Source: Hemiscyllium ocellatum
Lineage: Eukaryota
Reading direction: 5' to 3'
Assembly (NCBI RefSeq): GCF_020745735.1
Contig: NC_083432.1
Coordinates: forward strand, 41,750,533 to 41,814,532
Length of the DNA stretch: 64,000 nucleotides
A model generated the notes under the pieces. The model made no database searches, was not told where the DNA came from, and saw nothing but the letters and a program-made list of their open reading frames with translations. A program made the translations under genes and the position numbers. Positions 51,898 to 64,000 of this stretch are shown piece by piece; position 1 is the first letter of the stretch; every line of letters starts with the position of its first letter.

Positions 51898-54584
51898 TCT
51901 GCAGAGACAAAGAGTTAACGTTTCCAATCACATATGAACACTTCTTCAGAACACTGGGATCACTAATGCATACGATCTCATTGCAATCCTGTCTCGCTGA
52001 ACTGAACAAATATCGAGTTTTAAATCCACGGTATTGTTTTGTATAACGTTCACTTTATTCATTTGGTCCGTGGTGCCATCTGTGCGCCAAACAGCAGATG
52101 TTCGAACAAAACAATACGTTAAACCACACCTTTCAGAATAAACTGGCAGACTCATTCTGACCCTCCCATTTACAATCATACATCACCAAACACACACCAA
52201 CGCTAACCGTCATCGATGCTCTCTCTGCTGCCAGTGTACACGATTCACTTTAGGGGCTCCTGTTATGGAGTGAGGGAAGGGCCGGTTTCAAGGGCCCATT
52301 TACTCCAGAGTGTCACAGAATTAGAGAATCATACAGTCATACAGCACGCAGAATTTTCGGTTCAACCCATCTATGCCGACCAGGTTTCTCAAACTAAACT
52401 AGTTCCACTTGCCTGCATTTGGCCCGTCTTCCTTTAAACCATTCCTAATCGTGTACCTATCCAAATGTGTTTAGATGTTCCAACTGTACCTGCATCTACT
52501 GCTTTCTCTGACAGTTCATTCCACAGACGAACCACTCTCTGTATGAAAAAGTTGCCGCTTAGGTTGTGGGGCTAGCTTCCAGGGCTGATTCCTAATTTGT
52601 GTTTTAAGTCTTTCTCCTCTCATCTTTAAAAAAAAAGCCTCATAGTTTTGAACTCCCCCACCCTCAGGGTTTTACAAACCTCGATAAGGTCGTCTCAGTA
52701 ATGACTACCATGTCACACTCGCCAAGTTGAACTTCGAGTTGGAATTCACCCAGTCTGTCCTTCATATTCTGTGTTTGTATCAAGAATCCAGCCTAGACTA
52801 TATATTACTCCAGGTGTATTACTCCGGACAGCTGATGAGAAAATCTCGAGATGATTCACTTACTGAGCAGCTAACAGTTTGTGGGACTGGCTACCAGGGC
52901 TGATTCCTAATTTGTATTTTAAATAAATTACTCAAGGCGAAACTTAGTCCCACTGACGTTTCTTATGAGAGAGTGCGATAAACACACCAAGGGCACACAA
53001 GGGGCTTATAGCCCTTCTGGAGACAACATTAAAAGCGCACTTATTGATAAAATGAACTTTTCATAGTGGAACACAAACCAAGACTCTTGGAATAACTGGG
53101 GTAGGTCTTTTCCCAAAATAATATTTTCCCAAAATACCAAACGCAGCGTCCGCCCACCCCCACCACCACCCCCGAAATATCGATGTTGGTTACACAATGG
53201 TCAATTTCAGGTTGCAGTAAAGATACAGCAGTGAAATCAGTGGAGAGAAAGCTTTCATCCTCCAGAAGGGTCAATGGACCCAATAAGTTAACAGACCTGT
53301 TGAGTTTCGCCAGCAATTTCTGTTTTTTTGTTTTAGATCTCCTGCATCCTCAGCTCCTGGTTTTAATTACATCTGGGTGTTTGCTGGTGTGTATGTGACC
53401 CCTGTCCCCACACCAACCCGGCTGACTCTCGGGAGTGGGCCAGCTCGTCATTCAATTGCATCAAAACCACTAACAGTTATCTGGAGAGACTGTCAGCATG
53501 ACCTTCCCTAAGGAAAAGAACGGACCTCGTCATCGTCATTCCAAGCATCATTAAATAAACGCCTGTTTCGCCCTGTACAGATGCTGTTAGTTTCGCCAAC
53601 ACTTCCTGACTTAAAAAATATTAAAACGTTGGCTGAATCGATAATGAAAGCAAGCAAATGGGAGGTCACTAATGCACTGGCCTAGAGTTAGCCTTCAAGT
53701 AAGTGGTTAAACCGTTTAAAACAGCAAATCCGTAATGAATTATTTCAAGGTCTTCCAGAACTACAGGGCATAGGTTTAGAGTGCGAGGGGAAAGATATAA
53801 AAGAGACCTAAGGGGCAACTTTTTCACACAGAGGGTGGTACGTGTATGGAATGAGCTGCCAGAGGAAATGGTGGAGGTTGGTACAATTGCAACATTTAAG
53901 AGGCATTTGGATGGGTATATGAATAGGAAGGGTTTGGAGGGATATGGGCTGGGTGCTGGCAAGTGGGACTAGATTGGGTTGGGATATCTGGTCGGCATGG
54001 ATGAGTTGGACCGACGGGCCTGTGTCCATGCTGTACATTCTATGACTCTACTAACAACGATAGCGCTTTCGATGATATTTTTGAGTTAATGTTCAGTTAA
54101 ATGTAAATGTTTGGTGGACAATCTGTTGACAGTTTCACTCAGGATGTTGTTCAATTACTAGTTTAGTAATTGTTGACATATGTAAGTCTGGTCCAAACCC
54201 TCCCGATCGCCAATATATGTTTCAGTGGTCAATGAAAATCAGGTTTGGTTAGATTTGTTTTAAAAGTAATAATCTTACTGCTATTATCACAATTTAACAC
54301 GTCACCCATAATCACAACAAGAGATCTAGATGTTAGCTAAAACAAAATCTTCCTTTTGGACAATTTCGCTTTGCATCAGATTTCCATGTTGCATAAGCTA
54401 TTGAGCTGGTTAGCTATCAGATCCGCAATGTACAATGACATAGCTTTTGCTACTGATACTGGGTGGCACCATGGCTCAGTAGTTAGCAGTCACAGCGCCT
54501 GGGTCCCAGGTTCGATTCCACCCTCGGGAGACTGTGTGGAGTTTGCACATTGTCCCTATGTCTGAATGGATTTCCTCACACAAA

Positions 54585-55430
54585 CAAAGCGAAGGAGGTT
54601 ACATCAGAGTACAAAGGGATCTTGATCAGATGGGCCAATGGGCTGAGGAGTGGGAGATGGAGTTTAAATGGGAGATGTTGCATTTTGGAAAAGCAAATCT
54701 TAGCAGGTCTTATAAACTTAATGGGAACGTCCTAGGAAGTGTTGCTGAACAAAGAGACCTTGGAGTGCAGGTTCATATTGCTCGAAAGTAGAGTTGCAGG
54801 TAGATAGGATAGTGAAGGCGGCATTTGGTATGCTTTCCTTTATTGGTCAGAGCATTAAGTTTAGGAATTGTGAGGTCATGTTGCTGGACATTGGTTAGAC
54901 CACTTTTGGAATATTGCATGCAATTCTGGTCTCCTTCCTAGTGGAAGGATGTTGTGAAACTTGAAAGGGTTCAGAAAGGATGTTGCTAGGGCTGAAGAGT
55001 TTGAACTATAAGGAGAGGCTGAATAGGCTGGGACAGTTTTCCCTGAAGCATCGGAGGCTGAGGGGTGGCCTTACAGAGATTACAAAATCATGAGGGGTAT
55101 GGATAGGGTAAATAGGCAAGGTCTTTTCCACAAAGGTAGGGGGTCAAACACTAGATGGTACAGGTTCAGGGGGAGAGCAGAAAGACATAAAAGGGACCTA
55201 AGGGGAAACTTTTTCATGCAGAAGGTTGTGCATGTATGGAATGAGCTGGCAGAGGAAGTAGTGGAGGCTGGTACAATTGCCACATTTAAAGGCATCTGCA
55301 TGGGTGTATGAATAGGAAGGGTTTAGAGGGATTTGGGCAAAGTGCTGGCAAATGGGACTAGATTAGGTTAGAATTTCTGATTGGCACAGATGAATTGGAC
55401 CGAAGGATCTATTTCCATGCCGTACATCTC
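54585..55430 (+). mobile_element. CR1/HER1-like LINE 3' fragment (RT C-terminus and 3' UTR)
   Basis: Decayed ORF pieces QRDLDQMGQWAEEW.MEF, RDLGVQVH and RDLRGNFF.QKVV.VWNEL. Confidence 0.88.
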
Positions 55431-55934
55431 AAAATCAAAGTTGTGCAAATTGGCCAGGGTAAATTGCCCATCATTTCCAGGTCAAATGGATTTGCCATGG
55501 TGAGTCTGGGTGGGATGCTTTTTTGAGGGTTGGTGTAATTTGATGGGCCGAATGGTTAGTTTTCTACACTGTAGGAGGTTTTGTGATCCACAGTTAATGT
55601 TAGGGAGTTCAACCCAGGGAGTTGAACAGAGAGACCAATGGATGCAGAGTATTGAGTATGAGAGTTGGGATATGTTAGGGCTGTACAAGTCATTGGTGTG
55701 GCCACATTTTGAGTACTGTGTACAGTTCTGGTTGCCCTGCCATAGGAAGAATGTTATTAAACCAGAAAGGGTATTACTGAGACTGGAGAGTGTGAGTTTT
55801 AAGGAGAGCCTGGATAGGCTGAGACTTATTTTCCCTGGAGTGTAGGAGGCTGAGAGTTTATAAAACAATGAGGGATATATTTAAGGTCAATAGCTAAAGG
55901 TCTTTTTCCAAGGCTAGGGAGTCCAAAACTAGAC

Positions 55935-56452
55935 AGCATAAAGAACAAAGAACAATACAGCACAGGAACAAGCCTTTCCACCCTCCAAGCCTGCACTGCC
56001 ACTTTTTGCCCTTCCATATTAAAACTGATCTGTATCCCTCTATTCCCTTTCATTCATTCATGTATTCATCCAGGTGCTTCTTGAATGCTGCTATCATGTC
56101 TGCTTCCACCGTATCCTCTGATAGTATGTTCCAGGCACTCACCACGCTTTGTGTGAAAAACATGTCTTTTAAATTTCCTCCCTTGCATCTTGAATCTGCG
56201 TACCCTAGTAACTGACCCCTCCACCCTGGGAAAAAGCCGCATACTTTCCACTCTAGTCATGCCATTCACAATCTTATAAACTTCTATCAGGCCACTGCTC
56301 AACCTCCTGCATTCCAGCGAAAACAAACTCAAACCAGCCAACCTTTCTTCAAAGCTAAAATCCCCCATACCAGGCAACATCCTGGTAAATCTTTTCTGTA
56401 CCCTGTCCAAAGCATCCACATCCTGCTGGTAGTGTGGAGATCAGAACTGTAT
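55935..56452 (-). mobile_element. CR1-clade LINE 3' fragment, different subfamily
   Basis: ALDRVQKRFTRMLPGM..FSFEERL..L.LFSLE.RRL..GLIEVYKI. Inserted into a plus-strand CR1 fragment (55640-55935). Confidence 0.85.
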
Positions 56453-56479
56453 GTAGGTTTAAACTAGAGTTATATGAAT

Positions 56480-56830
56480 ATATAGACACACTCAAAATGA
56501 CTCACCAACTGAGACATACATGCACATGACCAATGCATACTGACACTCACACTCATATCATATATCACAATGACACACTGACTGATATAGATCCAGACAG
56601 ATACCTACTGTTACTGCACATACATAATGAGACATCCAACAACATACTCAAACATCTACTTACAATTGGACACACACTTACATACAGTGACACACCCATT
56701 AATATACATGCGCAAATACCTACAATTGCACATGTATATACACAATGACAAACCCACTGACATATATTTACAGATAACTATCAATGCACAGTATTATATA
56801 TATTCATAATGACACACCTTGAGACATCTA
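56480..56830. repeat. Degenerate CA-rich minisatellite (..cataatgacacacc.actgacata..)
   Basis: Recurring aatgacacac units about 60 bp apart. Confidence 0.6.
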
Positions 56831-57694
56831 CTGTTTATTATAAATATGATTAACAGAAAAACTTGCTTTAACATTAAATGTAGCATTGTCCTATTGTTTG
56901 CAACTGGAACTAGCAGAATTTAAGGGAAGATTTAACAGAGGTGTTCAAAATTAGGAATATTTTTGACAGAATAGATAGGAAGAAAATCTGTTCAGTGACA
57001 GGACAACCAGCAACCAACAAACACAGATTTATGATAAATGACAAATGTACATGAGAGAGATTAAGGACAATTTTGTTTTGCATGTGAATTTGTTGTGATT
57101 TTGAACATATTGGTCAAAAAGGATAGTGAAAGCAGATTTCATAAATACCAAAATAAAAGAAAAACAAGGCTTTAGAGAAAAACAAAGAGGATTAATTGCC
57201 TCAATCTTTCAAAGGATTAGCACAACACAAAGGCCTGAATGACCACCTCTGTGCTGCAAGATTCTATGACCTGCAACACTGCAGCAATACTCCCAGAGTA
57301 AGAAAAACTGTTGCAATAATTCAGTCTCAAGACTGGAAGGAAAAAGATCGGACCATTTGCGTTAAGATGAAAGTGAGATGGACCAGTCACCTCACTTTAG
57401 ATTATGGTTAGCTCCCAGAAAATAGTTGCATTCCTTAAGAGTTAGAAGTGGTGCCCAGAATCTGTTGCTTTGCTTTTAATGTTAGATTTAGCCACCTATC
57501 AGTATGTAGCTGAATCTCCTAACACATATCAATAAGGAATATATTTTCAGGCTTGGCTAAAAAGTCTAAACCTCTCTCTACCACCTTGTGGCTAGGAGCA
57601 GAATTAGGCTATTTGACCCATTCAAGTCTGTTCCACCATTCGATCATGGCTAACATGTTTTTCTATTCCATTCTCCTGTCTTATCCACATAACC

Positions 57695-57875
57695 AAGATT
57701 AGAGTGGTGCAGGAAAAGCACAGCAGGTCAGGCAGCATCCGAGGAGCAGGAAAATTGACATTTCGGGCAGGAGCCCTTCATCATCGATTTTCCTGCTCCT
57801 CGGATACTGTCTGACCTGCTGTGCTTTTCCAGCACCACTCTAATCTTGCCTCTAGTCTCCAGTCCTCATTTTCAC
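57695..57875. mobile_element. Palindromic Penelope-like element, family B, inserted in a LINE 3' fragment
   Basis: Inverted arms. Diverged 15-bp duplication cttatccacataacc / cttatccatatcacc. Confidence 0.65.
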
Positions 57876-59386
57876 CTTATCCATATCACCTCTGATCCAC
57901 TTACTAATGTAGATACCCCCTCCCTCCCCAACACAAACATGCACACATCCTGCCTCACATCACACACACCTTCACACTTGGACAAACACTTGTATAAATA
58001 CACAGAAAGTAAAGTTTCTATAATATTACCAGGCCATGGGGCTGCTCTCTCTCATTAAAGAGAGATAACTGTTGGTGAATCAATTTAGCAGTCATCATGC
58101 ATCAGGTGAGGGGGAAAAGGTGAATCCTTCATGGTAATTACAGCCAGTGCAGTTAGCATTACAAACCAGCCTTCCAGCCAACAAGCTAACCAACTCCTTT
58201 ATGTGCACATACATTCACACACACACAGTAAAAGTAATAACCTACATTGTATAACACCTCAAATCTAGTTACTAAATAAGCTGAGATTTCCTGAAGCTCG
58301 ATCAAAGAAATAGCTTTTCGGTGTCCTCATGTTAGAAAGTGAGGTATAGAGGTGGAAAGTTGTTGAGAGGGGAACTCCAGAGCTAAAGACCGAGACAACT
58401 GAACATGTAGCCACCAATGTTAGAGTGTCCAGGATGTACAAAAGGTGGATTGCAGCGGCAACAAGGCAGCTCACCACCACCTTCTCAAGGGCAAATAGGG
58501 ACAGGCAAAAAAAATGCTGGCCCAGTCAGCGATGCCCACATCCCACAAATGATCATTTTTTTTCCTAAGCCAGAATCAGCAGAGCTCAGATATTTCAGAA
58601 GGAAGGGTGTGGACATGGAGAAAATTACAGAGATGGGAGGGATCAGAAAACAGAGTTAAGAATTTCAAGAGGTTGCTTGAACCTAAGCCAGTGTAGGTCA
58701 GAGCACAGAAGGCGATAGTAAAGTGGGACTTATTGCAAAGTAAAATAAGTACAGGGTAGTTTCCGATGACCACAAGCTTAGGAGGGTAAGATGTGGGAGG
58801 TCAGCTTGGGATGGTAAAGGCGAAATAGTGGAGTTAAGTCTCACACACACACACCCTTGTGTAAATGTGTTTGGGGTAAGTGTGTACCAGCAGAAATGAT
58901 ACTGACTCGGTTTCCAGTATTTGCAGTTCACAGAGAGAAAAAAAAGACCCACCGGTTTGCAGTCCTAGGAACCGCCTCCTTTTAAATCGGAGGCATTAGT
59001 GGGATTTACAAAGGCACAGAGAGTTGGAGGTATACCACACCTAGTGGAGAAATATCCCAATTCAATACAAACTTTTTTAAAAATCGGAAGAAAAGTAGAA
59101 CAAATTCATATTTCAGTTTGTTTCTTGTCGTTTCCATGTTAGAAACTAAACCGCATGCAACCCAGAAAGGGAGCAAGAAAAAACCCAGCAGCAAAAAGTT
59201 GCTTTTGCAATGACTCGAAGTGAACTTCCTGCGTGCCAGGGTCGGGAGCTGCTGACACAGCCACCCCGCAGTAATTCCCTGGATGGGAAACGCTAAGACA
59301 CTTTCCCGAGAGAGTCTAGCTAAATCCAGATCTCATTGTTCCCAAACCCGCAAAGACGCAAGAACCATCGATCTCTCGGAGCTTAC

Positions 59387-59700
59387 CTGTGACCCAGGAC
59401 TCCTCAGTCCGCGTGAGTGGGTATCTCAACAATTCTCGAATGAATTTGTCTTGATGCTGTGCTGAGAACGCTATGCACAGTTTCCGTTCATTCACCACAT
59501 CAAACCCACTGCTCCAAGCTCATTATAGGCGCTTGCAGGTGGGTTCTGCAGCGTTTGCTTGCCAAGGAACTGCACTGTGTCCAGTTTAACATAGCCCCTT
59601 CCCTCTCTCGCTAAACCTCCCTCCCCCCATCCCCATTCACTTCTGACGGGTTGGATAGCCCCAAAAAAAACTTTACATGTAACGATTGAATTGGCTACAG
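59387..59700 (-). promoter_or_regulatory. SP6: Candidate distal non-coding first exon and promoter of SP6
   Basis: Near-consensus donor CAG|gtaagc at 59387/59386, TATA-like CTATAAT at 59528-59522, CCAAT box near 59690, CpG-rich unique sequence. Confidence 0.5.
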
Positions 59701-61046
59701 GGACGTTTTTACTGCTGGTGAATAGTTAAAAATAGCAAAAAAATGTCACGGTAGTTTGTGGTGGTGGGAAGGTCGCTCTATTGTGTTTAATAGCACTACA
59801 CAATATAAAAGAAAGAAACAACTGAATAAAGATTCGTGCACCTTGTGTCTTTCACTGTCTCACACACCTGCGCACACACACAAGAGTGTTGGGGTAAAAA
59901 TAAGCCCTACTGCAGTTAGGCGGGAGTGTGGGGGTGAAAAAAAAGTGTCAGAAAAATAAATAAAAGACAGAAACTGCATTGTGTGTGCGCGCGTTTGAGA
60001 CGGTATATAACTCCCAACGTGGTGATATTAACAGATGTTTGACTGTTATACCTTGAGCAACAATGAGAGAAAAGCAAGGCGGATCCCTCAAGGGTAGGGT
60101 TAACATCCAACCTCAACGATCTCCTTCCCCAATCTCCCCATGATCTGAGACAACATCTGATCCCGTTCCCACTATGTAGCCCGGGCCACGCCGTTCCGAG
60201 TCTAGAGACTGGAGACGAGCAACATCGAGTTGCGACCCCCTCTTTGGCTTCAGAATCGTGTTTAGACCCGAATTACAGTTTTAAACACGAAATGGCCCTA
60301 ATAACTTGGCAAAAAAAAAGAACACTCAGCAGTGACCGCAAATTTAAAGCATGAAGCCGTCTTGAGATTATTTGTGAGAACATAAAACAGTCATTAACCT
60401 TAGCATCAAGTTGCAACAATTTTCACGCACGTATCTGGGGGAGGATTCCACCAAAACCTTCAGTGATGAAGCGGTACGCATTTTAATTTATTTTGATTTT
60501 TTTTCTTGTACTCTCACACACAACCCTTTTCCCTCCACCAGAACATTTTTAAAAACTAATTCATTTTTTCCTAATCAACCTGTTCAGAGATGTTACAACA
60601 AGCAGATAAGGCGTGAAACTGGACCTCCCCACTACCACTGTGACACTAAAGGACCTAAAGTTTGAAGGGCTTTGCCCCAGGGTGTTTGGAAACCACCAAG
60701 CGTTAATAACCAAACCGCTAACCCATTACGCCACTGCTAGAAGCTTAGTACACTGCCATGGTGGTATTTGAATCCTTTATCACACAGTATTAATTTGGTA
60801 CTCTGGATTATCAATTCAATGACATAATCTGGTATTACCTTGATTAACCATCACAAGTAAATGAGACGATGTTTCCAATTTGCATGCACGTTAAAAGCAA
60901 TGCAATAACATCAAATGTGAGCGAGATGGGGGAGGGTTAAATTAAAATGCACCTAGATAGGGAGATGAAGCACTCTACACCATGCGGTGGCCACCTCTCG
61001 CTAAAAGCATCCAGAGTGTTAGTGCACAGACTCATGAGCATCTGTG

Positions 61047-61272
61047 CAGAAAGGGGTACTGAAGATGCTGGAGATTAGAGTCAAGGTTAGTGTGTGCTGG
61101 AAAAGCACAGCAGGTCAGGCAGCATCCGAGGAGCAGGAGAGTTGATGTTTTGGGCAAAACCCTTGGTCAGGAAATGGATTTCCTGATTCAGAGTCTTTGC
61201 CCGAAACGTCAACTCTACTGCTCCTCGGATATTGCCTGACCTGCTGTGCTTTTCCAGCACCACTCCAATCTT
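61047..61272. mobile_element. Palindromic Penelope-like element, family B, with 18-bp flanking duplication
   Basis: Inverted arms with two decayed hammerhead motifs. gactcatgagcatctgtg occurs at 61029-61046 and 61273-61290. Confidence 0.72.
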
Positions 61273-61384
61273 GACTCATGAGCATCTGTGACCAATTCAT
61301 CTGACCTCATGAGCCAAGGTAAATCGAGGCAAGAGTGGGGTCATGTTCTTAGGGAACTGGGCTGACCGATCCTTTGTCCCCTTC

Positions 61385-62215
61385 ACAGATTACCTGAAGG
61401 AATATGGTTTGGAGGGACTGAGGCATGTGCAAAAACTTGGCAGGAGTGTATCATTAAGATGAGGCAGAAACTGGGCTTTTAGGAGCACCATTCCCTCTCC
61501 ACTGCAGGTTAAAACCTGGCCATTTGTTATAAGACACTCTCTCAGTTGCTGCAAGTGGTGCAGGTCTGGGTCCATTCCTGGGCCATCTTCCAATTCCATT
61601 GGAGGTCTAAGATGGACCATGTTCACAGGGGTACCATCTATAAATCTCTGGATGGGGGGGTGAGGTAGAGAATTACATACTGAATGCTGCCCTCATCCCG
61701 AGGTCCACCTTTGTATGTAGCTGCATTAAGTTGTGCGTATACCCTCTACACAAACACCAAATGTCACAATGTACTAAGGTTCTACCTGCCCCCAGTGATG
61801 CAAAGGACGGGACTTGCCTTGATGTTATGGAACCTTCCAAGTAGTTGGCTGCCACATCACCTGCCCTTCATGGAGAAGTTTGCAAAGAGAGACATCTTTG
61901 ACTGCAAGCTTACCAGGAAGTGGTCAGCATGTTGTGTCCTTGAAATGCTGAGGGAAAAAGAGAGGGTGGATCCTATCACATGGTTCCCTGAGGAGACTGT
62001 CAAAGTCTTTCAGCAGAATGCTTCATCACCAAAACCTTCCAACAAGCATTGTGGTGGTGAGGAGGGCACTACGTGTGAAATCCTTCATGTACGCCCAGAC
62101 TCTCTGCACCACCGTTTGCTGCCCTCGAAGCAGCTGTAGGGGGCAAAGAAACCATTACACATCTCCTGCTGGAATGTGTCTATGCAAAGGAAGTCTGGAG
62201 AGATATGCAAAGTCT
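61385..62215 (+). mobile_element. Tx1/L1-clade LINE ORF2 C-terminal fragment, decayed
   Basis: Frameshifted pieces RFYLPP...EKF, NASSP..SNKH and VRRAL.V....CPR.SC...HLLLEC.YAKEVW resemble the C-terminal CCHC zinc-binding region of L1/Tx1 ORF2. Confidence 0.6.
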
Positions 62216-62676
62216 TTTTTTAAAAATTGAGGATCAAGTCTCAACTGTTTTGTTGAGGTTCAACTGTGGAGAGAGGAACAGTGTTAACATTTCAAGTCCA
62301 GTGACCTATTAGACTCGAAACATTAACTCTGCTTTCTCTGCACAGATGGTGCTAGAACTGTTGAGTTTCTCCAGCAATTTCTGTCTTTGTTTCAAATTTC
62401 CAGTTTCTGTAGTTCTTTGTCTTATTTTTCCCCAACATTTAAGAAGAAGTGATATAAGAACATGAGGAGGATAAGAACAAAAGAAAGTGTGCTATTTAAG
62501 TCAAGGCGGCTAAAAGGATGCCCATGTAAAATGAATATCAATAAAGACTAGTTGGGCTGAATGGCTGCAATTTCCATGTAATTCTATAAAGAACAGCAGA
62601 CTTTCAGTGTTCAGATGTGACATATTCTAAATGGAAGAATAAGAAAGGTGCAGAGAAAGGTAGAGTTCCTTCCATG

Positions 62677-62985
62677 ATTAGATTACTTACAACATTAGAT
62701 TAGATTAGATTACTTACAGTGTGGAAACAGGCCCTTCAGCCCAACAAGTCCACACCGACACCGACCCCTACCTAACACTATGGGCAATTTAGCATGGCCA
62801 ATTCACCTGACCTGCACATCTTTGGACTATGGGAGGAAACCGGAGCACCCGGAGGAAACCCACGCAGACACGGGGAGAACGTGCAAACTCCACACAGTCA
62901 GTTGCCTGAGGCGGGAATTGAACCCGGGTCTCTGGCGCTGTGAGACAGCAGTGCTAACCACTGTGCCACTGTTCCACCGTGCCGT
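62677..62985 (-). mobile_element. HE1-like V-SINE, near full length
   Basis: tRNA-derived head (gtggcacagtggttagcac...gggttcaattcc), V-domain (gtgggtttcctccgggtgctccggtttcctccc), CR1-like tail ending in (tctaa)n. Confidence 0.85.
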
Positions 62986-64000
62986 CCGCACGGTGGCAGA
63001 TTACATTTAAATAAAGCTTTAAAAGGTAACATGGTGATAAACCCTTTGCTAATAACACAAAAGAAAATAAAGTGGCTTGTACAAATTATAAACAGTAAAT
63101 CAAAACCATATTAAATAAGTAATACACAAAACAAGCTTAATGCATAAAAATATTGCTTGTTGGCCACATTTTAATCAGAATAATTACTTGCATTGATATG
63201 ACTTTATAGCCAGTGAACTACTTTTAAATTTAAAAATCACACAACATCAGGTTATAATCCAACAGGTTTATTTGAAAGTGCAAGTTTTCCTTCATCAGGT
63301 AGCTAGTGGAGTAGAATCATTGGACACAGTATTTATAGCAAATCATAGTGGCATAGACTGATGAGAGATATTGAACAAACCCAAATTACTGTTAAGTCTT
63401 TCATCTTTTAGAATGGGTTGCAGGTTTTGATTCATTAATATTTAAATCCCGGAACTTCTTTCAAGTCACATTCCTGAGATAACTTAAGGTTTTAAAATGC
63501 ACTTTTAAATGTAATCACCTCTGTAACATAGGAAACGGGATAGCCACTATTGCAAGCAGTTCAATGAAGTAATTAATGATAAACTTTTTAACTTGTTTTT
63601 ATTCAGTCATAGGATGTGGCATCACTGGCAGAGCCAGCATATATTGCCCATGCTGAGTTGCCCTTGAGAAGGTGGTGGGGAGCTATCTCTTGAACTGCTG
63701 CAGTCCATATAGTGTAGGTGACTCACAATGCCATCAGGGAGGAGTTGGCAATTCTGCCCCTTAAGCGTGCTCATTCAATGTGATCTTTGCAGAAATCCTA
63801 TATCAATTCTACTTTCCATCCTTACAGCCCTTGATTCTGTTTGTGTCCAAATTCTTTCTTGAATATGCTCAACTACTAAATAGACTTCTGAGGTAGAGAA
63901 TTCAAAATATATCATGATCCTCTCAGTGAAGAAATTCCTCCTCATTTCAGTCAGTATTTACTGTGGAAAAGGATATGGAAATAGATGGTGACATCTTGCA

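Noticed and set aside
59000-64000. SP2 exons expected upstream of SP6 by synteny
   Set aside because: No Sp-type zinc-finger coding sequence was found here, so SP2 is presumably beyond the window.

Overview
Vertebrate genomic DNA. The repeat content (HE1/V-SINE, HER1/CR1-like LINEs, Deu-domain SINEs) points to a shark, probably a carpet or bamboo shark; this is inference. Two genes lie on the minus strand. SCRN2 (secernin-2) has 7 coding exons from 22179 to 11606, encodes ~432-433 aa, and has an ETS-site promoter near 24.4 kb. SP6/epiprofin has a single coding exon at 38268-37123 (381 aa, btd box plus three C2H2 fingers) and two candidate non-coding first exons near 44.8 kb and 59.4 kb. The SP6-SCRN2 adjacency matches the human 17q21 order. 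A third minus-strand gene appears to begin at ~2540 with a 10-nt coding first exon beside an RFX X-box (possibly LRRC46) and would run off the left edge. The rest is mostly transposon debris. The most notable hidden structure is three families of short, often palindromic, Penelope-like non-autonomous elements carrying minimal type I hammerhead ribozyme motifs (CUGANGA-stem II-GAAA-palindromic stem III-UH). Several copies have 15-18 bp target-site duplications and at least one has an intact core. Also seen: two local templated insertions, a tandem cluster of tRNA-derived SINE heads, and a NAGNAG acceptor in SCRN2. Repeat boundaries are approximate and read by eye; no database searches were run.
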